A stretch of DNA of 63,716 nucleotides, filler included, from Limisphaerales bacterium (GTDB taxonomy: Bacteria; Verrucomicrobiota; Verrucomicrobiia; Limisphaerales; SIBE01), in NCBI GenBank assembly GCA_044225505.1. It is 3 parts of 3 records of this genome, joined end to end, with 100 filler letters (N's around TTAATTAATTAA, not from the genome) between each part and the next. Parts side by side here need not be neighbours in the genome. Positions count along the whole stretch, not along the records: positions 44,307 to 63,716 come from JBGAIN010000155.1; 2 more parts are not named here. One strand, written 5' to 3'. A program made the position numbers and the translations under genes. Positions 50,089 to 59,858 of this stretch are shown piece by piece (the stretch's first letter is position 1; every line of letters begins with the position of its first letter). The notes under the pieces were generated by a model, which did no database searches, was not told the DNA's origin, and saw only the letters and a list, made by a program, of their open reading frames with translations.

Positions 50089-51909
50089 TCAAATCCGACG
50101 CATTCCCGAGGTCACACTCGACCGGGCACGTTCCACGATTTCTCGCACCTTAAACGTCAGCCCGTCGGTCTTGTTAATTCCGCGTATCTTTGGGTCACAA
50201 TAACGCGCCCGCAAAAGCGTCGCCAATTGACCATAGCCATAGAGCCCTTCATCGTTCATCTCCACGACGAAGACATGGTTAAAACCAGCAAAAATGTTGT
50301 CCAACCCCGGCGGCAGCGGACTGATATGCTTAATGTGAATCGAACTCACGCTATCCCCTGCAGCTCGAGCCCGGTCAACCGCCTCGCGGATGGGACCTTG
50401 GGTCGATCCCCACCCAACCAACAGCACATTCCCTTCCGGCGGCCCATGAATTTCCGGCTTGGGCAACGACTCTCCCAGCGCCTGGAGCTTCTTGCGGCGT
50501 TTCGCCATCATTTGCAGGTGCAGCTTGGGCGATCCTGTAGGATGCCCCATTTCATCATGCTCAAGCCCAGTCACAATGGGATACTTGCCACTCAAAATCC
50601 GGGTGCCAGGCGGAGCGTGCGGGCTAACCCCATTCGGCGACGACAAATCGTACGGTTTATGCTCGGGTAACGGGGTCAAATCCGGCGTCAGATCCTGGCA
50701 AACAGTCTCAAAATTCGGTTCCGGAAACGCCTCAATTCGCGTCGCAATCGATTGGTCGCTCAGGATCACAACCGGCACGTTGTAACTCCGCGCAATTCTG
50801 ACCGCCTCAATGGCCGTGTAGAAACAGTCTTCCACGTTCGCCGGCGCCAAAACCACGCGCGGACAATCTCCATGCCCCCCAAAAACAGCGATATTAAGAT
50901 CGGACTGTTCCACGTTTGTCGGCATCCCCGTGGATGGCCCGCCCCGCTGAATGTCAATGATTACCAAGGGCACCTCCGCCATAACCGCCCAACCAATCGC
51001 TTCTGTCTTGAGCGAAACCCCAGGACCGCTCGAACCGGTCACCGCCACTCGGCCGGAGTAACTCGCTCCTAGCGCCATCGAAACGGACGCGATCTCATCT
51101 TCACATTGGATGAACATCCCCCCATACTTTGGCAACTCGCGACGGAGCAACTCCATGATGTCCGACCAGGGAGTTATGGGATATCCCGCTCCAAATCGAA
51201 CTCCCGCCGCAATGATTCCGTAACCCAGGGCTTCATTGCCATTCATAACGACCTGGTGGCCGCTTTTCTTCTGGCTCTCCATGAACTGGAAGGTCTCGAT
51301 CACCGTTCCCAGGGAATAACTGTAACCCGCATGGAACGCGGCCAGCGCATTGTTCAAGATGCTCTGGTCCTTGCCCCCAAAACGTTCCGTAATCAACTGC
51401 GTCAGCTTCGGCACATTCAGATCGAACATCTTGGCGATCAAGCCTAGGGCGTAGATGTTCTTCCCTTTGTCCTTAGCCGTCCCACCAATAGCCTCGACGG
51501 TCAGGCCCGAAATAGGAACCCCGATATGGTGGTAGTCTTGGGTCAGTTCCGCCCTCGGCTCCACATGGTCAGAGTCGTAAAGAACAATACCCGCCTTCTT
51601 CACCGACCCAATATGGTCCTCGTAGGAATGCTGGTAAAAAGCCAACAGCACGTCGGCCTCGTCTCCCGAACTCAACACCTCGCCCGACCCAATGCGCACC
51701 TGGAAGATGGAGGGCCCCCCTGAAATCGTGGAAGGAATCGTCATAAACGTCATGACTTCCTGTTCGGTCCGGCCAGCTAATCGGGCCAGGAACCCGCCGA
51801 TGGCCTGGATACCATCCTGGGAATTGCCAGCAATTCGGATGACGGCTTCGGGGATTTTAGAAATTCTTGGACCGCCCGTTGAAGGGGCAGTGAGGGCAGC
51901 ATCACTCAT
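50089..51909 (-). CDS. korA: 2-oxoacid:ferredoxin oxidoreductase alpha subunit (gamma-alpha fusion)
   Basis: GNEA, GYPITP, QCEDEIA, SSGPG..LKTE, QRGGPSTGMPT..EQSD, GLEHDE, GWGST, VEMN. Confidence 0.93.
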   Translation of the reverse strand: MSDAALTAPSTGGPRISKIPEAVIRIAGNSQDGIQAIGGFLARLAGRTEQEVMTFMTIPSTISGGPSIFQVRIGSGEVLSSGDEADVLLAFYQHSYEDHIGSVKKAGIVLYDSDHVEPRAELTQDYHHIGVPISGLTVEAIGGTAKDKGKNIYALGLIAKMFDLNVPKLTQLITERFGGKDQSILNNALAAFHAGYSYSLGTVIETFQFMESQKKSGHQVVMNGNEALGYGIIAAGVRFGAGYPITPWSDIMELLRRELPKYGGMFIQCEDEIASVSMALGASYSGRVAVTGSSGPGVSLKTEAIGWAVMAEVPLVIIDIQRGGPSTGMPTNVEQSDLNIAVFGGHGDCPRVVLAPANVEDCFYTAIEAVRIARSYNVPVVILSDQSIATRIEAFPEPNFETVCQDLTPDLTPLPEHKPYDLSSPNGVSPHAPPGTRILSGKYPIVTGLEHDEMGHPTGSPKLHLQMMAKRRKKLQALGESLPKPEIHGPPEGNVLLVGWGSTQGPIREAVDRARAAGDSVSSIHIKHISPLPPGLDNIFAGFNHVFVVEMNDEGLYGYGQLATLLRARYCDPKIRGINKTDGLTFKVREIVERARSSVTSGMRRI

Positions 51910-51997
51910 TCGAGTAGTACATTAAAGGTTCTGATGATTCTACCGTGAAGAGAAGCAGAATCGAGATGGTTTACGACCGATCATTGTGCTGTCAGCC

Positions 51998-52025
51998 ACC
52001 CTAACACTCCTCCCTTGCCTGTCAA
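51998..52025 (-). promoter_or_regulatory. Putative sigma70 promoter of korAB
   Basis: TTGACA-N16-TAGGGT with extended TG; imperfect palindrome TTATAGGAATCCATAA immediately upstream (52030-52045). Confidence 0.5.
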
Positions 52026-52151
52026 ACGATTATAGGAATCCATAACTTACTCGTTATGAATGTTTTACAGATATACGCCGATTCTATGGATCAATCTCCA
52101 CTAGAATTCGATTACACCCCCTAATAAGAGGCATCCCTTCGTTTAGCAGAA

Positions 52152-52940
52152 TTACACCTCGCAGTTGAGGGACTTTAGCAGGGTTCTTAGCCCTTGGGCC
52201 ACGCCATGCCCGTGCAACTCGTCACTGACGTGGCCCTGCTGACGGCGGACTGTTTCTTTCACACTCGGGATCGCGTTTGCCGGGGCAATCAGCCATCGGG
52301 CATAGCGAGTCGAGAGCATCGGAAGATCATTGAGATGATCTCCCGCCGCCACGACCCGGTCTGGGGTGGTCCCTACGAGCCGGGTTATCTCTTCCAATGC
52401 CGATCCTTTGTTAAAGGCTTCATGGCTAAATCGAGCATACACGTCATTACGAACGACGGTCAGGTGGGGCACGTGGGAGCAATACTCGTTCAAGTAAGCG
52501 TGAATCTTATCCGCATCGGGATTGCTACCAGCGATCAGGCAAAACGGCGAAAAGGGATCTTCGTAAATCGTCGCATGGAACCGGGATTTGACCCAGGCGG
52601 TCAACCGCGGAACGTCTGGCTGGACCTGGGCAAAAAGGCGACGGTGCGCCTCGTCACAGGCCTGGTTCCAGGCTTGCAAAGGAACATATTGCGAGTCTAC
52701 TCGACAATGAATCTCGCGCTCTACGGTAACCACGTAATCGGGCCAGATCGGCAATTGCGCCCGTCCAAGGGTTTCCATCAAGCTGGATAAATCGCGTCCG
52801 GTGTTAATCACCCAGCACAGCCCGCGCCGTTGCAGTTTGGCGACAAGGTGGTGCAAAGCATCTGGCACCGGCGGGCACTCATACTCCGCGTGAAAGGTCC
52901 CGTCGAAGTCGGTCGAGAAAACATCAATTGGCAAGTTCAT
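52152..52940 (-). CDS. HAD-superfamily hydrolase (IIB/Cof-like)
   Basis: STDFDGT, INTGR, NKGSAL, AGDHLNDLPML, PANA. Confidence 0.88.
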   Translation of the reverse strand: MNLPIDVFSTDFDGTFHAEYECPPVPDALHHLVAKLQRRGLCWVINTGRDLSSLMETLGRAQLPIWPDYVVTVEREIHCRVDSQYVPLQAWNQACDEAHRRLFAQVQPDVPRLTAWVKSRFHATIYEDPFSPFCLIAGSNPDADKIHAYLNEYCSHVPHLTVVRNDVYARFSHEAFNKGSALEEITRLVGTTPDRVVAAGDHLNDLPMLSTRYARWLIAPANAIPSVKETVRRQQGHVSDELHGHGVAQGLRTLLKSLNCEV

Positions 52941-53050
52941 TATCACTTGGCAAGCGGGGAGATTACGCCCCATCGGAATCGAGGATTTGCCCGGCACCGG
53001 CTTGCAACGCGAGTACAATCATGCGATACCGTAGCTTGTCAAAAGTAATT

Positions 53051-53506
53051 ATGCCTGGGCTTCAAGAGCAGTATGACGACGCGATGTTTGCGTTCAGTCA
53101 GGGCGATTTCAACGCTGCCATTGCTGGCCTGCGGGAAATTCTGAGGCAGGATCCGGGCTTTTTTGATGCGCAACTGTCCCTTGGAATGGCTTTCTGCCGG
53201 ATTGGAAACTGGGCGGCGGCCATTGAAGAGGGGCATAAAGCGGAACGGCTTAAGCCTAAAGAACAACTCGTGCACACGAACCTCTCCCTTTTCTATTTGA
53301 AGGCTGGGGATAAGACCAAAGCCGAACACCATGGGTTGCAGGCGCGTATCGCATCCTGGCGAGACAATCCCGGGCCACTGACCGATTCTGAGTCTGACAC
53401 TGAGTTGGCCATGGCGAAACCCCCAGCCCTGCCCAACCCGACGCCGGCGCCTAAAGACTTTCCCGACATGCCCTGGAAGAAGAAATCGCAACCAAAGAAA
53501 GACTGA
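53051..53506 (+). CDS. TPR protein
   Basis: GDFNAAIAGL..IL..DPGFFDAQLSLGMAF...GNWAAAIE TPR pattern; Pro-rich tail. Confidence 0.8.
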   Translation: MPGLQEQYDDAMFAFSQGDFNAAIAGLREILRQDPGFFDAQLSLGMAFCRIGNWAAAIEEGHKAERLKPKEQLVHTNLSLFYLKAGDKTKAEHHGLQARIASWRDNPGPLTDSESDTELAMAKPPALPNPTPAPKDFPDMPWKKKSQPKKD

Positions 53507-53508
53507 GG

Positions 53509-53796
53509 ATGAAATCGGCTTACGAACTCGCCATGGAACGTTTGAACAAAACGGCGCCCGTGGCCAAACTGACAAGCGAACAGAAGCAAGAGCTGGCTGA
53601 GCTGGATTCGAAGTATGCGGCCAAGACCGCCGAACGAGAGATCTTTTTGAAAGGAGAAATCGAGAAAGCGGCAGGAAAAGGTGAGTGGGAGGCAATGGAG
53701 CAGTTTCAGCAGCAATTGGTCCGGGACCGGAAGTCGATCCAGGTGGAACTGGAAGAAAAAAAAGAAGCGGTGCGATTAAAGAGAGGAGAGTCGTAG
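53509..53796 (+). CDS. Small coiled-coil hypothetical protein
   Basis: MKSAYELAMERL...; E/K-rich helical; 2 nt after TPR stop. Confidence 0.75.
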   Translation: MKSAYELAMERLNKTAPVAKLTSEQKQELAELDSKYAAKTAEREIFLKGEIEKAAGKGEWEAMEQFQQQLVRDRKSIQVELEEKKEAVRLKRGES

Positions 53797-53967
53797 GCCG
53801 CGAGCTGCAATGGGCAGCTGGGTAATTGAAGCGTCGCTTGCTTGTGCGGGAGCGAGCCAGCGTGGCTCGAAGTGCCAAGAGGGTCTGATCCAAGGGTTGT
53901 TTTGGGGAGAGGGCCCCGCTCGTTAGGTTCCGCGTGACGTCTGGCCCCGCCTATTGTCGAAAGCTTA

Positions 53968-54564
53968 GTGCCACCGCCTGCCACAACGACCGCGTTTGTG
54001 CAAAACGAAATACCCGCAGCAAAGCGGAACCCTTCGCCAACCCGAGAAGCGCCCTGGGTATCGTCCGAGTTTGGAGCCGTCTACGAGGAACACGCGCAGA
54101 CGATCTATTATCTGGCGTTACGCCTGCTTGGCGATGCCGCCCAAGCAGAGGACGCCACGCACGATGTTTTTCTGAAAGCGTATAAGAAGTTGGACCAGTT
54201 TCGAGGTGATTCCGGAATGCGAACCTGGCTCTACAGGATCACGATCAATCATTGCCAGAACCTCTCCCAAACGTGGCATCGGAGGCATATTTTCAGCAAC
54301 GCGGACGAAGCGGTTTGGGAAACCGCTGGAGCAGGTGAAGAAAGCCCGTTGCGCGTGCTCGAGATAAAAGAATTGGGCCAGCGAATTCAGAAAACGCTGG
54401 AGTTACTGCCGGAAGAATACCGGTTGTTGCTCCTGCTCGTGGCTGATCAACAGCTGAGCTATCAGGAGATGGGCGCGTTGACGAGCCAGACTGCGGATGC
54501 TGTCCGCGGCAAGCTTCACCGCGCTCGACGCGCTTTTGCCGCTGCCTTTGCCAAAACAGCCTGA
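53968..54564 (+). CDS. ECF RNA polymerase sigma factor
   Basis: AEDATHDVFLKAY, FRGDSGMRTWLYRITIN, LPEEYR, LSYQEMG, VRGKLHRAR. Confidence 0.93.
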   Translation: MPPPATTTAFVQNEIPAAKRNPSPTREAPWVSSEFGAVYEEHAQTIYYLALRLLGDAAQAEDATHDVFLKAYKKLDQFRGDSGMRTWLYRITINHCQNLSQTWHRRHIFSNADEAVWETAGAGEESPLRVLEIKELGQRIQKTLELLPEEYRLLLLLVADQQLSYQEMGALTSQTADAVRGKLHRARRAFAAAFAKTA

Positions 54565-54571
54565 ACGTCGT

Positions 54572-54814
54572 ATGAAGCCAGACTCGTCCAAATTGCGTCA
54601 GCAGCAGCGTGAAACGGAGCAGGTGTCTGAAATCGAGCAGAACTCGCGTCAGGACCCCGTGCGCGAATTTGGTTCGGTTGAGGAGATGCTTCGCTTTGAT
54701 GCGGGTCAAACCGTGGCCCCGGATACCATCGCGGAACGCCTGAAAGAGTCGCTCGCACAGACTCCTCCGCCGCCGAAATCTTGGTGGCAACGCCTATTTG
54801 GCGGCAAATCCTAA
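54572..54814 (+). CDS. Small (80 aa) protein with Q-rich N-terminus and amphipathic C-terminus
   Basis: ATG 7 nt after sigma stop; MKPDSSKLRQQQRE...EFGSVEEMLRFDA...PPPPKSWWQRLFGGKS. Confidence 0.7.
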   Translation: MKPDSSKLRQQQRETEQVSEIEQNSRQDPVREFGSVEEMLRFDAGQTVAPDTIAERLKESLAQTPPPPKSWWQRLFGGKS

Positions 54815-54895
54815 GCGTGGATAGCCGCCGGTCGCCTTCCATTGGCCCCACTTGCTTCTTCCCCCTTCGTTGCGAAAGCACTAATAAGAGTGGGA

Positions 54896-56416
54896 ATGAC
54901 CGCACGCCAGGAAATCGAAATTCTTATTCGCGCGCGTTATCCGATTCTCTACGTGGTCTCCGCGGAAGAATTGCGTGTTCAGGAAGTCTTGTTGGAGATC
55001 GCGCAACAACGACAGAAGAAGGTGTTGGAATGGAGCGCGACCACCGGAATCGTCCCCGCGGGAGCCTCCATCCAAACCCAAAAGAACCGGAACGCCCCCA
55101 GTCGTGATCCGTTGCTGGCGCTCGATCAGGTGATCGATCAGGTCGAACCGGCGATCTTTGTTTTCAAGGATCTGCATCCCTTCTTGGTCAAAAACCAATA
55201 CGCCGTCATCCGTAAGCTCAAGGAGATCGCACAACACCTCAAAAACAGCTACAAAACGATCGTGCTGGTTTCACCGGTGCTTGAACTGCCGGTTGAACTG
55301 GAGAAAGAAATAACTCTGGTCAATTTCCCGTTGCCAGCGACGGAGGAACTGAGTCAATTGCTCGACCGGATAATTCGAGAGGTTCAGGCCGCGGGAACAA
55401 TTCGAATCCAGCTGGAACCCTCGGCGCGGGCGCGTCTCTTGCAAGCAGCCCTGGGCCTTACGCTCGTCGAAGCGGAAAATGTGTTCGCCAAGATCCTGGT
55501 CACACACCAGCGTTTGGGACCGGAGCACGTGCAATACGTTTTCGCTGAAAAGCAACAAATTGTCCGGAAAAGCGGTCTTCTGGAGTACTATCCGACCACG
55601 GAGACGCTCGAGCATGTCGGAGGGTTGGGAATTTTGAAGGATTGGCTGCAAAAACGCTCCATCGCGTTTAGTCAGGAAGCGAAGCAGTTCGGGCTGCCAG
55701 CGCCGAAGGGCATCCTTCTTCTCGGAGTTCAAGGCTGCGGCAAAAGTCTTTGCGCCAAAGCTGTATCGTCTCTGTGGCAGTTGCCCCTGTTGCGTTTTGA
55801 TATTGGAAGAATGTTCGGTAGCTTTGTTGGATCGTCCGAAGAAAACATGCGGCGCGCGATTAGTATCGCCGAGTCGATCGCTCCAGCGGTCCTTTGGGTG
55901 GACGAAATCGATAAAGCGTTCTCCGGGTCTCAAAGTTCCGGCGCCACGGATGCCGGAACGGCAGCGCGTGTTTTTGGGACGTTCCTCACCTGGTTATCCG
56001 AAAAAAGCGTCCCGGTGTTTGTGGTCACGACAGCCAACAGTGTCGCTCACCTTCCGCCCGAATTGATGCGCAAAGGACGCCTCGATGAGATTTTCTTTGT
56101 CGATTTACCCTCGACCAAGGAACGTGAGCAGATTTTTTCCATTCACTTGGCCAAACGCGGGCGAAAGCCGGCCGAGTTTCACCTCTCCGCGCTCGCGGAG
56201 GCCGCGGAGAATTTTAGCGGTGCGGAAGTCGAGCAAGCGATCATCAGCGCGCTTTATGACGCCTTTTCATCGCGGAGCGAGCTTACCACGAAGCATATTC
56301 TGCAATCGGTCCGCCAGACTGTGCCATTGGCCACGATGATGGACGAGCAGATCGACACGTTGCGTCGATGGGCCGAAGGCCGTGCGCGGAACGCAAGCGT
56401 CGTTTCACTAAAATAA
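54896..56416 (+). CDS. Ycf46-family AAA+ ATPase
   Basis: IRARYPILY, FVFKDLH, EKQQIVRKSGLLEY, Walker A GVQGCGKS, Walker B LWVDEIDK, LPPELMRKGRLDEIFFVDLP. Confidence 0.92.
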   Translation: MTARQEIEILIRARYPILYVVSAEELRVQEVLLEIAQQRQKKVLEWSATTGIVPAGASIQTQKNRNAPSRDPLLALDQVIDQVEPAIFVFKDLHPFLVKNQYAVIRKLKEIAQHLKNSYKTIVLVSPVLELPVELEKEITLVNFPLPATEELSQLLDRIIREVQAAGTIRIQLEPSARARLLQAALGLTLVEAENVFAKILVTHQRLGPEHVQYVFAEKQQIVRKSGLLEYYPTTETLEHVGGLGILKDWLQKRSIAFSQEAKQFGLPAPKGILLLGVQGCGKSLCAKAVSSLWQLPLLRFDIGRMFGSFVGSSEENMRRAISIAESIAPAVLWVDEIDKAFSGSQSSGATDAGTAARVFGTFLTWLSEKSVPVFVVTTANSVAHLPPELMRKGRLDEIFFVDLPSTKEREQIFSIHLAKRGRKPAEFHLSALAEAAENFSGAEVEQAIISALYDAFSSRSELTTKHILQSVRQTVPLATMMDEQIDTLRRWAEGRARNASVVSLK

Positions 56417-56435
56417 ACGCGCGCTACTCAGTGCT

Positions 56436-57632
56436 TCAGCCCGTCTGCCTTCGAAGAATTTTGCCAAATGGCGTCTCGACTGGTTCGATCTCAATTCGTC
56501 CGCCCTGCGTCGGTCCGCCTGTCCCTCCCGCAGGCAGCGGAGGCTCCGCCTTCGACTGCGTTCTTGTCAGTATCGTTTTCAATGGTTCCTCAGGACGCGC
56601 TGCCATCCCCTCGGGTTCGACTGGCTCTCCTTGGCGGTCGGGAATATGCCACTGGGTTCTCCGTTCAAGCCAAGTGCGGTAGCGATCGAAAGTCCACATT
56701 CCAGCCTCAGCTCCAGTTTCTAATGTGGAGAGAATCTTGAAGAAATCGCGGTTCCGGATGAAACTCTTGATCGAGTGGGTTGGGATCAGGATTTCACACT
56801 CCGGAACGCGGATCTGAAGTTCGGGGCGATAGCGAAGCCGCTGGGAAATGACCGCCACTAGGCAATCAGCGAGCTGAGCGGCCACATTCCCCTGAATATC
56901 CGCGGGAAACGCCGCTACGACGCGCTGCAAGGCCTCGGCGCACGTTGCCGAATGGACGGTGGCCAAGACCAAATGCCCTGTTTCCGAAGCATTGAGCGTC
57001 AGTCGCATCGTCTCGGGTTCACGCATTTCACCGACCATGAGAACGTCGGGATCTTCGCGGAGTGCGTCGTGCAACGCCTGTTCAAAACTTGGAGTATCGC
57101 GCCCGACTTCGCGTTGACGGATGAACGACCGATTGGGCCGAAAGGTATATTCGATTGGACTTTCGATCGTCACGATATGCCTGGCTTCGGCCAGGTTGAT
57201 CTCCTGAATCAGCGCCGCCATGGTCGAGGATTTTCCGCAGCCCGTCGGACCGCTCACCAGGATTAGTCCATGGGTGTGCGACACCAGTTTGCGGAGATCC
57301 GGATGCAAATTGAGTCGCTCCAACGTCGCTTGAAATGAAGCCAGGAGTCGGATGGCGAAACCGACACCACGCGCCGTCTGTAGGATGTTGATGCGACAGC
57401 GGACGCCGCCGATGGTCTTTGACAAGTCGAACGAGCGCCTCTCTAGAAACCGTGTCCAATCGTCCGCTCCGATCAACTCGCGTGCCGCCTCGAGCAAGAC
57501 CGGTCCACTTAGAATCTCCCCAAACGTCCGTAGCGTGCCTCGGACCCGGACCGCCGCAGGCAATCCGGGCTCCAGATGCAAGTCACTAGCCGCTTCCTCA
57601 CGAGCGATAGCGATCCAATCCTCAAGGTGCAT
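56436..57632 (-). CDS. pilT: PilT/PilU-family type IV pilus ATPase
   Basis: ASDLHL, GPTGCGKSST, IVTIESPIE, QREVG, ALREDPDVLMVGEMR, TGHLVLATVH. Confidence 0.88.
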   Translation of the reverse strand: MHLEDWIAIAREEAASDLHLEPGLPAAVRVRGTLRTFGEILSGPVLLEAARELIGADDWTRFLERRSFDLSKTIGGVRCRINILQTARGVGFAIRLLASFQATLERLNLHPDLRKLVSHTHGLILVSGPTGCGKSSTMAALIQEINLAEARHIVTIESPIEYTFRPNRSFIRQREVGRDTPSFEQALHDALREDPDVLMVGEMREPETMRLTLNASETGHLVLATVHSATCAEALQRVVAAFPADIQGNVAAQLADCLVAVISQRLRYRPELQIRVPECEILIPTHSIKSFIRNRDFFKILSTLETGAEAGMWTFDRYRTWLERRTQWHIPDRQGEPVEPEGMAARPEEPLKTILTRTQSKAEPPLPAGGTGGPTQGGRIEIEPVETPFGKILRRQTG

Positions 57633-57709
57633 GCGAAGCTTCTGTTTCAACTTTGCGTCCGACAGAAACACGACCGACAAGAATCGTCCGTTGCAAGGTA
57701 TTTGCGCCC

Positions 57710-59074
57710 TTACTCATGGCGCAACGCCTCCACCGGATCCATCTTTGCCGCCCGCAATGCCGGATACATCCCAAAAACAATGCCGACCAAGCCAGAGATC
57801 GAGAAGGCCAGGAACGGAGACCAAGGCGTTACGATGGTCTTCATGCCAGCGAAATAGCTGACCGAGAGCGGAATGACGAGTCCCAAGATGACCCCGAGCA
57901 CTCCGCCCGATCCGGACAAGATTACCGTTTCGGCAAGGAACTGCACAACGACATCGCGGCGTTTGGCGCCGAGGGCCCGCCGGATGCCGATCTCGCGCGT
58001 GCGCTCGGTAACACTCGCAAGCATAATGTTCATAATCCCGATCCCACCGACCAAAAGCGAAATCGCCGCGATGGATCCCAGGACGATGTTGAAGATTTGC
58101 TTGGTCCGTTCTGCCCGCTTCAACAACTCGAGCGGAACGATCATATCGTAGTCTTTCTTCTTGTGATTACGTTCCATGAGATCCTGAATGGCGAGCGAAA
58201 CAGGGACGACCTGGCCGCGGTCGAAGACCTTAATGGTCACTTCATGCAACTGGATCCGTTCAGCCTCAAAGCTGCCACTCCGTCGCTTCATGAGGATGTC
58301 CCCGTAGCGGGTCTGTGCCGTCTCCAGAGGAATGAACATCCGGCTGGCCGCATTCCCCTTGGACACCTCAGCGATTTCATCTCCTTTGGTAGCCTTGCTG
58401 CGTGGTTCCATGACCCCAATCACTCGATAATAGGCGCTACCAACGCGCACATGAGCCCCAAGCGCGGTGTCGATTGGGAATAACGCCGGCAACATTTCCG
58501 CGCCGATGACACAAACGCTGGCCTTGCCCTCCATTTCCTGTTCGGTAAAAAAGCGGCCCTGCATCAAGCGCTGGTTTCGCATTTGGGGATACCAAGGGAC
58601 CGTGCCCATAATGTCGCAGTCGATACGACGACTGATATTCCACACGTACTCACGCATGACTCGGGCTGGCACGACCACGGTCACCCCTGGGATCGTGGCC
58701 TGTATCCGATGGATGTCTTGGTAAGTCAAACCGTACTGTAAAACATAGCTTTGACTACCGCGATCAGTGGCTTTTTGCTCTTCCGGCGGTTTGATACTGC
58801 GCAAGATAATGTTTTGGCTGCCCAAATTCTTGATCTGCTCTTGAGCCTCATAGCTGGCACCTTCACCGATGGCGAGCATGGCAATCACTGAACAGACCCC
58901 GAAGACAATGCCCAACACGGTTAGCAGCGATCTCAACCGATGTAGCCAAAGGCTCTTTAACCCGAGGCGCACCGTTCGCTTCCAGCGGCGCAACCCAAAT
59001 CCGGACGCCGGTTTTGGCGGCGGATGCTGGGCACGAAAGCTGGCGATTTGAGTCAAGAGTTCCATGCTAGGCAT
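57710..59074 (-). CDS. MacB-like ABC transporter permease
   Basis: LRSLLTVLGIVFGV, ISLLVGGIGIMNIMLASVTERTREIGIRRALGA, PALRAAKMDPVEALRHE. Confidence 0.95.
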   Translation of the reverse strand: MPSMELLTQIASFRAQHPPPKPASGFGLRRWKRTVRLGLKSLWLHRLRSLLTVLGIVFGVCSVIAMLAIGEGASYEAQEQIKNLGSQNIILRSIKPPEEQKATDRGSQSYVLQYGLTYQDIHRIQATIPGVTVVVPARVMREYVWNISRRIDCDIMGTVPWYPQMRNQRLMQGRFFTEQEMEGKASVCVIGAEMLPALFPIDTALGAHVRVGSAYYRVIGVMEPRSKATKGDEIAEVSKGNAASRMFIPLETAQTRYGDILMKRRSGSFEAERIQLHEVTIKVFDRGQVVPVSLAIQDLMERNHKKKDYDMIVPLELLKRAERTKQIFNIVLGSIAAISLLVGGIGIMNIMLASVTERTREIGIRRALGAKRRDVVVQFLAETVILSGSGGVLGVILGLVIPLSVSYFAGMKTIVTPWSPFLAFSISGLVGIVFGMYPALRAAKMDPVEALRHE

Positions 59075-59160
59075 TGCGCCACCTTCGCCGTGACTGCTCG
59101 GGCGGTACTAGGGGCTGGAATCGCTCGCCGACGCCGATATTGGAACTCATATCACGAGCT

Positions 59161-59847
59161 CTAGAGGTTGACGTCACTCTCGATCAGGCCATCTCGCAGT
59201 CGAATGGCACGACTGGCGCGACGCGCCACGCTTTCGTCATGGGTTACCATGATCAAGGTTTTTCCCTGACGATTGAGTTCGTCGAGAAGCCGTAAGATTT
59301 CCGTCCCGGAAGCCGAATCCAAATTACCCGTGGCTTCATCGGCCAAAATCACAAGGGGATCGTTTACCAAAGCACGCGCGATAGCCACCCGTTGTTGCTG
59401 GCCGCCCGAGAGTTCAAATGGCTTATGATGCAAACGTTCGCCCAAGCCCACTAACCGCGCCAGCTCCCGGGATAACCCCCGGCTCTCGTCTTCCGGCCAG
59501 CCTTGATAGTAGAGAGGCACTTCAATGTTCTCGAGAACCGATAGTTGCTGAATGAGATTATACGATTGAAAGACAAACCCAAGCCGCTGCCCACGAATCA
59601 CCGAAAGCGCATCATCATCCATTTGCGAGACATCGTCGCCTCCGAGCCAGTATTGCCCGGAACTCGGACGATCCAGACACCCCAACAAATTGAGCAAAGT
59701 CGATTTGCCACAGCCAGACGGCCCCATAATGCTGATATACTCCCCTGGCCGAATATCAAACGAAACTCCTCGCAACGCCTCCACAGTCACTGGCCCCATC
59801 TGGTAGGTCTTTCGCACATCGCGAAGACGAACGATAAACGAGCTCAT
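59161..59847 (-). CDS. ABC transporter ATP-binding protein (LolD/MacB-like)
   Basis: [47 protein letters not shown]. Confidence 0.96.
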   Translation of the reverse strand: MSSFIVRLRDVRKTYQMGPVTVEALRGVSFDIRPGEYISIMGPSGCGKSTLLNLLGCLDRPSSGQYWLGGDDVSQMDDDALSVIRGQRLGFVFQSYNLIQQLSVLENIEVPLYYQGWPEDESRGLSRELARLVGLGERLHHKPFELSGGQQQRVAIARALVNDPLVILADEATGNLDSASGTEILRLLDELNRQGKTLIMVTHDESVARRASRAIRLRDGLIESDVNL

Positions 59848-59858
59848 GGCCAGTTCCC

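Noticed and set aside
52028..52090. OxyR/LysR-type operator upstream of korAB
   Set aside because: AT-rich imperfect palindrome present, but spacing does not cleanly fit a named consensus
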